This document shows, piece after piece, positions 26,010 to 35,900 of a stretch of DNA of 64,000 nt (the first letter of the stretch is position 1; each line of letters opens with the position of its first letter). The DNA comes from Raillietiella orientalis (taxonomy: Eukaryota), in contig JAYWIR010000027.1 of assembly GCA_036172245.1 (NCBI GenBank), positions 1,984,001-2,048,000 on the forward strand, written 5' to 3'. The position numbers were made by a program, and so were the translations under genes. The notes below the pieces were generated by a model. The model had not been told where the DNA came from and did no database searches. It saw only the letters and a list, made by a program, of their open reading frames with translations.

Positions 26010-27069
26010 GTCCCTACTGGCCTGGAACGCCAGAAGAGGCCGAAATGGCAGGGAGGTCATCCACTAGGCGACGATGTTCCTGAAGACCTCCACGAGGTGG
26101 ACCCACCTGGGTAGCCTTCGGACAGAACTTGCCAGCATTCTGAGCGGGAAAGCTGAGGAAGTCTCCCCGCGAAACGTGATCCCATCTCCGTTCCCCTCCC
26201 CCTCCACAGTGAAAACTTCTCCCGTTTTTCTTTTTTTTGTTTGTTTCTTTTTTCCCCCCTGATTTTCCCTTCCCCGTCGCAGTGGAAACGGACCTCGCCG
26301 GTCTACGCACCGGTCATGGCAAGTCACAAGCACTTGATGCAACAGAAGCGCTCCCGCATCTGCTTTTCGACTGCGGTGCCCTCCAAGGACTGTGGTGGAC
26401 GCTGGTTTCATTGCTCCTAGACCAAGGGTACACCGCCAGGATTTTGACGTGCCACTTCTTCACTCCAAGTGTCCTGTCGTTAGGTGCGGTTGTCGCAATG
26501 ATTTGTTGCATACGCGCCATCGACAAGGCCCACCGCCAGATGGAGTCGCAGACGACTTTTCGAGAGGTCACCAGTTTAGCCGACGACAACGTGACGACGG
26601 TTGCCAGGTGGACTCATCTTCCAGAAGACGTTCGGAAGGAGATCTCCGGCATCCAACGCCGGTTCTGAAAGGATGGAACGGCCGAAACCAAGGACCCCTG
26701 TCCCCAACCCCCCATATTTTTATCTATATTTTTTAATATATTTGTTCGTGGTCCCTTCCCTCCCGTTCTGGACTTTCGGTTATACCGACCTGAGTGTCGG
26801 GGAACCGTCCCTTCGTTACCCTTTGTCTGGAAACTTTGTTCCCAGATAGTCTTTAAATAAACGCCCCGGCGAAACCAGGCGAAAAACAGCACATGGTGCA
26901 ACCGAGTGTTCCACCACACTTGAACATTTCAGTGTACATTTATTATAATAGTCATAACTCGGTACTCGTCGGTTTCGGCACTCGCTACGAGTTCCGGAAC
27001 GAATCACCGACAGGGTCACTATTATTATTTTGTTTAATAATAAATGCCCCGGAGAAACTGGGTGAAAAA
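26010..27069 (+). mobile_element. LINE 3' fragment with a second LINE fragment (26334-26885) nested in its 3' UTR
   Basis: Outer copy: FLKTSTRWTHLGSLRTELASIL and terminus aataaatgccccggagaaactgggtgaaaa. Inner copy: EALPHLLFDCGALQGLW (zf-RVT-like) and terminus aataaacgccccggcgaaaccaggcgaaaaa. Imperfect duplication acaagcac (26326-26333) / acagcac (26886-26892). Confidence 0.65.
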
Positions 27070-27314
27070 CTTTCGTGGTCACCCGTCCTGCTGTCCACAG
27101 CAACCCACACCCTCCGTGGGATCTGATGAACGTCGCGTAGGGCGCCGCAACCCAGAGTTCGGTCCACCTCGCAACCCCGGTTCCGCTCGCCAAAATGGGC
27201 CGCCCCACTGCTCATGGATACAGGCAATCGGGACTTCAGCAGGTACTCAAAGAACCGTTCGCCTTCTGAGAGGGGAACAAGCACGAAGCTGTCCACATCA
27301 CCCGAGGTGCGCGT

Positions 27315-28500
27315 GACCCTTCAAGTTGTAGGAGGCACCGGTAAGACCTTAGGAGGGGACCACTCTACGAATCCACTAAGGCTTCTCATTCCTCTTACGC
27401 TTGGCAGGAGAGCCCAAAGGGAACCCCCGCCCTGGTTGTCTCCGAAGGGATCCCCGAAGAGGCCACCTTTTCCTTATTCCCTCCTGAAGGGATCCCTCAG
27501 CTTGTGGGGGTCACCCCCCGTTTCTTCTCCGAAGTGAACCCGGAAAGGATCCACCCCTGGATTTTTTTTCTCTGGAGGGATCCTTAGCGAGGAAGGCGCT
27601 CCCTGTTTCCTCGTCCTCTGAAGAAAACCCCTGAGGGACACTTCCTCATTCCCTGAAGGGTGCTCCCCGAAGGGAGCGCCACATTTCCTAACGCTCTGGA
27701 GAGTCAGCCGTCGAGGGGGAGAGGTATCAACCAGTTACCAGACCCTCGGCTGATGGCTCCATTTTCACAACAGGAGGGGACTCTCGAAGGACTGCTCGAT
27801 TCCTGGAAGGACCCTCAAGGTATCAACTTCCTATCCCGGCCAGTCGACGGGAACATCCGGCTTTCACCAGAGCCGCCGCACCCTAGCCGCACTGTGCTGC
27901 CTACGCGAGGTCGTGGCCGCATGGAACAACGCCATAGGAGGCCAGAAAGACTGAGACGCCATCCATTTTGCTGTCCTCTTCATGACGACAGCGTCAAGAT
28001 GTCCCCATCTGGGAACCATAAAACAGGAACTTGCCGACATCCTTGCAAGGATGCAGCGAACGCTCTCCAACACGCAGTAATCCCTTCCCCAATCCCCCCC
28101 TCCCCCACACTCCCTTCATCTTTTTTGGCTGCAGTTTTTTGTTTCGTTTTTCGCTTTTTGTTTGTCTTCCCATCCCTTGTGCTGCCGAGGCGCACCCTGC
28201 TGGCCTGCGTGCCAGTTCCCGGCAGGTACCTTTTGGTATTCATAAGAACCTGGCAGGATCAGACGTCCTGCCACAGACATGTGGGTTTGTTTCATAAATG
28301 AACGCACCGGCGGGACCAGGTGTCAACCAGAGCCGCCGCAGGCCGAATGGGACGACCAGCGCCGTCCTGTGGGGAAGGGAGGGGTGGGGGGTGTTGCGCC
28401 CCCCGTTCTCAGAGTCGACCCTTCTCCCGGCGGTATTCGAAACCGGGATGCGCGGTACCGCACGTGGTGGGATCGCAGCCTCGCGGCCACCAACTCTGGC
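27315..28500 (-). mobile_element. SINE interrupted by a LINE fragment
   Basis: SINE body at 27315-27880 resumes at 28326 and runs to the head (ggtattcgaaaccggg, about 28432-28446). Confidence 0.7.
27881..28325 (+). mobile_element. 5'-truncated LINE 3' end flanked by a 15-bp target-site duplication
   Basis: accagagccgccgca at 27866-27880 and 28326-28340. The interior matches the family C-terminus (ccccatctggga...ggaacttgccgacatcct) and ends gcaccggcgggaccaggtg. Confidence 0.8.
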
Positions 28501-28509
28501 GTTTGAATG

Positions 28510-29070
28510 TCCATTAGTCCTGCCTCTAGGGGCAGACCCACTTCTTCCACTTCAAGCACTTCTCGATGTGCTTCCTGATGCTGGAATAGAGCAACATCCA
28601 ATACGGTTTTCTGAGAGTTCCCAGCCTCGGGCAGGGCGCCAGACTCTGGAAAGCATGAAGTCCCATCGCAGCGTCCATTTCCGTTTTTTTCTTGTCATGG
28701 AAGCAGTTCAAAGCCCAAAACGCTCGATTGCTTGGTTAGCGACCGGTCCTTGGGCGGATCGGTCGGACGTGTCCCCAGGCTCATCGACCTCCTCGAGAAC
28801 TTGTTCGCTGTCCTCACAAGGCGCGCCTGTCCGTAGGGCAGGGATGTCCGTCCTCTCTCTTCATCGAAAAGGCGGTGCTCCCAGTAGCGCAGGATCGAAC
28901 GGCCCCAAAAAACGAGAAGGAGCACTTGAGTGGGTTTGCTGAGACGGCAGCCAGCCTCAGCACACAGTGCCTCAAGCGTCCTCATAGGGCAGGCTGTCAC
29001 CCATGACAACCAGCTCAACGATCGTTCAGCTTCCGCCATTTCTTGAAAATCGGTCTTCTTTGCCAAGAGT
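28510..29070 (-). mobile_element. Possible decayed non-LTR remnant (I/R1-like)
   Basis: Minus-frame peptide TACPMRTLEALCAEAG resembles the post-RT 'T.P..AL.AEAG' segment of I/R1-group ORF2. One motif only. Confidence 0.25.
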
Positions 29071-29454
29071 TAGCAGGAGGTGTCTTTCTTTTTTCTTTTT
29101 CCTCGTAATGACCCTGATCGAGTCCGCTCGGCCGTCAGCTTTACTCTTTCTTTACTTTTTTTTCCTTTGTTTACCGTTGCCACCGTAGCAGCGTTGGCTG
29201 GCTGCTCATCTTCGGCCGCTCTCGCTCGACGACTCGCTACCGGCGCTTCCCCGTAACTCGAGCTCGCCTTCCCCCAGGATGACAGCCCCGTCGGGACGTC
29301 CTCGAGTCGACGGGGCCTCGCCCGTCGTAAGGCCTCCCCCCTATCCCCCCTGCCCGTCTCCTTGCCCGCTCGCCTCTTCCTTCTTCCCTCGAGCACGCTC
29401 GCCGCCCGATCGGGGTCAGTCACGCCTCCTGGTCCCCCATTCCTGTCCCTTCTC

Positions 29455-29801
29455 TTCCCGGCGCGGATCTTCCTGAGGACCGCCTCCAAATGGCCCTACC
29501 CGAGTAGTCTTCGAACAGAACTAGTCAGCATTCTAAAAGAGGAATGCAGAAGGCGTCTCGCGGAGGAAGTAATACCTTCCTTACCCTAACCCTCGCTCCA
29601 TGCCCAAGAAAACTCTTCCTCCCTTTGTGATTTTTGTTTGGTTTTTTCGGGTTTTTCCTTCCCCGTCGCCGCGGAAAAGACCTCGGCGATCCACGACAAC
29701 TTTTCATCACGTGGTAGAAACACCTTATTTCAAATTGGTATGACTTTCATTATTATTGTTAATAATAATAATGAATGTCCTCGGCAAATCCGGGTGAAGA
29801 A
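29455..29801 (+). mobile_element. LINE 3' fragment
   Basis: ARIFLRTASKWPYPSSLRTELVSIL, T-rich UTR, terminus aatgtcctcggcaaatccgggtgaagaa. Confidence 0.7.
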
Positions 29802-31899
29802 CTTTTTTGTGCGCACTCTCCACGGCGCGAAAGCAAAAGGCCCGGGAGATCAGGACGGGACGGAGAGAGGGAGGAAAAGCGAAGGAAAAGAAAACAGGCA
29901 AGAAGGACTGTCTTTGTGGTTGAGGACGGAGGGGGAGGGTTTCCCGTGCCGTCGGGTTTTCTGCGGGATGCCGGCACTCGCGCTCCTCCTGGTGGCGTCC
30001 CCGGCAGGACGGGGAGAATGGCAGGGGGATGCGGGAAGGCCGGAGGAGTGCCGGATCCCTGTCGCCGGTTGCGGCGAGAGTACACCCAGGTTTCCTCCAG
30101 TCGCGTGATGCCCGGACCGCCGAACAGACGGAGAGCTCACGAACAGCGCCTCAATCGGAGGTCCGTGACCTCCGCGACGGCACGGCTATGGACCACTTCA
30201 CCGTCCTCTCTTTCCTTGTGGTTTTCCTGCGCCTGTTCGCACTGGGAGAAGAACCCTCGACGGAGTTTCCCGCAACTTGGGGATGTTGAGCGTCAGCGGA
30301 AGCAGATCCATGGATCCGTGCCCCTGGCGGAGAATCAAGTGCAGGCCGACAAGGGGATCCCCGCGGGCAGGCGGCGCTTTGAGTACCTCCGCGTCAGGCG
30401 ACTCACGCGTAGCGGAGGTGGTTCCGGCGGCTTTCAGATCGAGACGGCTCTCGGCCCGTTCCTAGGTCCTACTGCCGAACGGACCACCACCATCTGCACC
30501 ACCCTTTCCGGTCTCATCTCCGAGCCGTGTTTTCTGTTTTCCCGCTCCCCACATTCGGCAAAGTGACGGCCAAAATTCCTGCTGAGGCAAGTCCCGTGGG
30601 GAGCTACAAGGTCCTCGAACCGTCTGAAGGACCCGATGGCACCGCTGTTTCGGACTAGGACATCCTCGTAGGGATAACCAGGTCTCCTGACCCCCGACAG
30701 GGCTGCCACCCTGAAAGTGTTCCCGGGGGAGCTTCATCCCCTGCGAATTCTCCTCTGCGCACTCTCCGCCGGGAGATGTCTTGCTAAACTGGACGCAGTG
30801 GACTCCAATAGCCGGTCATAACCCTGGCCTCAACGGAGTCTGCCTGAGGGCAGTCAATGGCGACTGCCTGTAAGCGAAATGCCAGCATGCCCTTCACGGC
30901 TGCAGCGCCCTCGAGGGGGCCGCCTCGCCGCATTACCGGCCCACGGGACTCGTTCTGTGGCTTTTCGTTCGGACGCGCTGGGGACCCATTTTGAAAATAA
31001 GGGATACGCAAAAGACGAAGCAGAGAGAAACGACCGGATAAGACGGTTCTTTGGGGATAGCCGAAGAGGCTCGTGCACAGGACGGAGGGGAGGAAGGGGA
31101 AGAGATAGAAAAAGCGCCAGAAGGACTGAACTTGTGGTTGGAGACGGGGGGTGGGGAGAAATGCTACAGGTGGCATACCTGGTTCGACCGTGTACTCGCA
31201 ATCCGCGGCAGGCGGGTGAAATATCAGCAGGCAGGGTCGCCTCGAGACAGCGCTCGAACGGCCGCCCCCGTCGAGGAGATGGCAAACGGACCGAACGGAC
31301 CGAACGAAAGTTCTGCAGCGAGCGGAAAAGGCTGCGCCCGCGCGGGCGCGAACTCCGCCTCTTCGCGAAAAAACGACGGTAGGCCCTTCGCCCACGAAGG
31401 CGCACGTAAGAACACAACACAACACGCGGAAGCGCCGTCTCCGCTCACAAACACCTTCTCGTGACGAAATACCGACCATCTCTCTTCCTCGTTCCTCTAC
31501 GATGCTGGAGCGCTCCGAGAGACGAATCCCGGGTCCTCCCCAAGGTTGCCACGACACGTCGACGAGCGCACACAATCCCCCCCCGTTCCAGCGAGTTCCA
31601 AATTACGAAACGCACGCTCCCGTCCCCTCTTGTTGACGACGCGCAGGGAAGCGCAATCCTCTCACGCGAACGCACAACAGGGCGCTTCCCGCCCCCCCTG
31701 GGCAAGACCCTACACGGAAGCGAACGCGAAGGGCGACTCCCGACGCGCGAGAGAGACACTTGGCGAAGACGGTCTGTCGCAACCTGCTCTCCCCGTGCTC
31801 TGTTGACGTCGGTGGAACAAAAACCTTGACGGCCCGGGAGCGAGCACACGCACCCACCCATCGGCATTCGCACCGTCTCCCCGGCAACGAAACTTTCCG

Positions 31900-32999
31900 C
31901 CAAGTGTGCGCAAGAAATGCTCTTGCATTTCTTGCCCGCGTTCGGCAACCGGCGAGCAAACGAGAGTGCCACCTCGCAGGGTTCCCAGCTCCTCGTTCCA
32001 ACCGCTGCCGCAATCGCCTCCTGGGGCACGGGCGCAGACCAGGTACGTCTTTGCCGCGCCCCTTCCCTTCGTCGCGTTCCTCGGGGCAACCAGCGACGCG
32101 CCTGCTAGCGAACGCGCACGGTGCGGCTGCAGTGCCGGCGGTTGCCGCCTCGGAGGCTCAACGACCGAGAGCCTCCGCCCCGGATCGACAGCGGCTGCCG
32201 CGGACGGAGCCGTCGTCAGGGCCGCCGCTTCCCTGCGTCGGCCACACGGACGACGCGGTCGAGCCGGGACGTTCCGCCGCGGGGGGCACCGCGACACGGC
32301 GCAACGGGCACCAGCCGCTCGCCGTCGCGCCACCGCCGCGCTCGGCTCGCCTCTCGGCGGCCGCCGAGCCGCCGCAACACGCGCCTCGGAAACTGCACAC
32401 GGTCCGGAAAACGCACGCGAGGCGGCACCACCCGCGCCCGCGGACGTCCTTCCGGAAGCTGCACCCGCATTTCTCCATCGGACGCGCTTCGCACCGGCTG
32501 CAAAGGGAAGAGGAAGCAGGCAGACGGCCCTCCTTCGCCACCTTCTTCATCCCACTGCGTGCACGCCAAAGACACGCGCCTTCCGGTCCCGGACCCGTCG
32601 CCACCTCGCCACCTTTCCTCGGGGCAGCTTGCCACGAGCCGCGTCCGGGCGATTGGTCGCAAGCGATGCCCGCGCGCGCCAATCTCCAGTTCCGAAAGCA
32701 GCGGCGACCGCCCCGCTCGTGAAGTCGCTCCTTGCGCGCGCCAACTCTCCCACGCAGCGCAGGGATCGTGAGCACAATCCGCGCCACGGCCGCCTCCACG
32801 CTCGCCCGCACAGCCAGTAGCGACGCCCCAGCGACACGCCTTGCGAGCGCTGCCGCCGACAACGCACCTGCGCCCACCGACGGCCGGGAGCGCGTCTCCC
32901 TGGAGCATCTGAGACCATCCTGCAGACCGCACCTCTTCCCCTGCATTCCAGAAGACCCTCCACGATCGAGCAACCGGAGAGCAGCCGCAGGCGAGGAAA
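31900..32999 (+). promoter_or_regulatory. Putative non-coding 5' exon and first intron of the pepsin-like gene, in very CpG-rich DNA (mirrored at about 50784-51883)
   Basis: Strong donor CAG|GTACGT at 32043 and pyrimidine-rich acceptor ctcttcccctgcattccag at 32951, 48 nt before the ATG. The transcription start is not identified. Confidence 0.4.
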
Positions 33000-35900
33000 A
33001 TGAAGGCTTTGATCCTGGCACTTCTGTTGACGCAGAGCCGCACGCTGTTCGGGAACGACGAGACGTACGCAAGCGCACCGCGCAGCTTCCAACTTCTTCG
33101 ACGGCGGGTATTCGCGCGCTGCGCTTGAGGGGAACCCACCCGGGTGGCCTCCCGAATGCGGCCTCCCGACAGGAACGCCCTACGGGCCTCGGCAAGAGGA
33201 CGAATGGCATCTCCCGTCTCCAACGGCTTCCCGGCACGAGAAGGCGGCCGCCTTGCGGCCTTCCCGCGGTCAGGCCGACAGCAACGTTTCCCTCGCGCCA
33301 AGGCCGCGACGCGACGACGAGGTCGACGTCGAGCTTCTGCGCGGCGTCCTTCCGGCTTTCCCACCCTTGCGCGCAACGGCGGACAGCCCATCCCTCCGGC
33401 TGCAGTCTGCAGGCAGGTCCCGTTCTTCGCAAGGGGTGACGTGCGAAAGGGCGTACGGTCAACGGCCGTTCCGCGCTGCGAACGCAACCGAAGGCGTCCA
33501 CCGGCAATGGCCGCTCGCGCCTTCCTTCAGGTTCGTCGCTCTGGTTCGTCCCCCTCGCGGGGCAAGGCCTCTCGGGAACGCAGGCAAGCCTTCCGCTTCC
33601 CTCCCTTCCGACAAAACACGTGACCTTCCCGGCCGCGCCGAAGAGCGATGGGACAGCGCGTCGTTGCTTTCGCGCGCGGGAGCACTTTGCGGCGAAAGGT
33701 CCTGCCGCCACCGCTCACGGCCATGCGCGCGACCGTGTTTTGCCAACCCAAGTTCCGAGTCCGCTTGCTGCGTGCGGTTTTCGCAGCGATCCCTCCGTCT
33801 TACGCTTTGCGGGCATGGCCATTGCGTGGCGGAAGGTCCGCGTCCTTTTGCTAAGCGACACCCCGCCGTCCGCTGCGAGCACCTCTCGGTTCACCCATGC
33901 CCGGCCTCCTGGTGAAAAGTCGAAGCGCGTGCCACCCGTCGCGCGCGCCGAACGGGACGAGCTGCTCCTCGCCTCCAACCGACGCAAGGGTAGGGGACCG
34001 CCTCCCTTCCTGCTCGTGCGGTGGTCAAGGCGGCGCAGCGAAGGTCGAGCGCTCGCGAGGTTGACGATACGTGGGAATCTACAGCATGGCTTAACGTCCA
34101 TTCAGCATCTGGAAAATACGAACCATTACTGCTACGCCAAAGGTGGTAGTAACCAAGCAGACGGAGAACACCCAATCGACTGTCAGCACCGGGACGAAAG
34201 GACGGACTACCACAACAAGAGCAGGCATGACCGTAGATGACAAAGGACACCAAATCAAGATCCCTATTTGGAAAAAAAACAATGTGAGTCACTTCTGATT
34301 CGAGCTCTCCTTCGCGCCTGGTGCCAAATGGGACCGCTGTCTTCCCGTCGGAAAGTTGCGATTCCCGCCGGCGAGCTCTCCACCTGTTTATCCGTCTCTT
34401 CAGCGGGGCAGGGGCGACAGGCGATTCGAGGCAGGCTCCCGGTGGCACCGTCGCGTTCCCTTTTCCGCACTTGACTTGTATGTGACGCGTGGGTGCCGAA
34501 TCCAACAGGCGCCTCAGCTCGTGCAGCAGTTGCGAGCGTTGGGCGTTCTTCCTCATCGGGAAGAGGTGCGAGTCTTGAGCTGCTGGGCAGAAACCGTCCG
34601 TCCTCCGCGACCGCTGCCATGCGCAGCGGGTGGCTCTGCTTGTAGGTGCGGGCAAAAGGGCACCGGAAGAAGGGGCACCGGCAACGCCGTGCGTGTTGGT
34701 CGCGCGGGAAACGCCGCAGTGCCGGCCGTGTCGGATACGGGCGGAGGCGGACACGGTTGGCGCCGTCTTCTGCGAGACCGCGGCGCGCTCTGCGCATCCG
34801 TCCGATCCGTCCGTCTGGCCGGACGCTGCAAGAGGAAGGCCGTCGAGTCGCGAGGACGCCCGCAGACGGGGGCACGCACGCTCATGTCGAAGTGCGACTC
34901 GCGGCCGGTCCAGCGCACGGACACGAAGTGCGCGCCCGCTGAAGTCACCTGCCAAGTGGGGCTTGCTGGGGACTTCAGCGCTGACCGCTGAGCAGCGCCG
35001 GTTGCCGAATTCCTGAGGAAATTGGCTGCAGCCGACTTGCGGTGAAGCGGAGATGAGCTGCCGGTTTTGCAACTCTGTCTTCGGATGCTTCGAATTTTAT
35101 CCCGTGGTCGCGCCCTCGTTTCCTTCCCGAATCCCGAATTTCTCTTTCGCGGAAGACAAATTTTCAGAAACATCGTGTGTTCCAGATAATCATGCTGGAT
35201 CTGCATGTGGGAATTGCAGATCGGCGTGCGCAGTTCGCGCTTAAAGGCGATCACAGCTATATAGTTATGGAAAGCAATTATCCTGGAAGTGAGTTTCATT
35301 TATCCCTCATGTGCTGTGTATCTTGTGTGCTGTCTTCTCAAGGCCCGTATGAATTTGTGCCCGAGAACTCGGAGTCGTTGCAGTATTTCGAGGATCAGAA
35401 AATCCTCAAGGTGTCAGGCAGACAGTTCTGGGTCCGACTGGTGGAAGACGACCTTCTTGTAAGTGTCCTTGCATGGGCAGCCCGTACAACGGAGTCGCAC
35501 GACGCGGCGCCACTCGAAATTCTCGCACGGTGGCGCCCCGTGCTTTCGCCTCGTCCCGAGAATTTCGTCTTCGACGCGGCAACGACGGTCGACTCACTTC
35601 CGACGCCTGCGCTGGCGTCTGCCGTGAGTGGGCGATCTCAGCTCGTGGCACCGAGCGTCGGGGGTGCGAATCCCCCTTCCTCCTTAATTGAATGATGGAA
35701 GTAGGGAAGTCGGGGTGCTTCGTGGGTTTCGAACTCCTCCGTCAGAGCGCCGCCCCTCGGACTTTATTGTCAGAGGGCGCGGCACAGGCGGAAGTCGGTT
35801 GTCCCCCTCCAAAGACCAGGATTGGAGGTTGATGACCTTCCCGAGTCCTTTCAGGAACGCAGGAGTCGATTCTCTTCATGGTTTCTTACCGGTTTTTAAA

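Noticed and set aside
31603..35299. Long ORFs of 200-517 aa in several frames (and their mirrors at 48484-52180)
   Set aside because: Arg/Ala/Pro/Gly-rich, overlapping on both strands and without domain motifs. Expected from very high GC content; they lie in introns or upstream DNA of the spliced gene.
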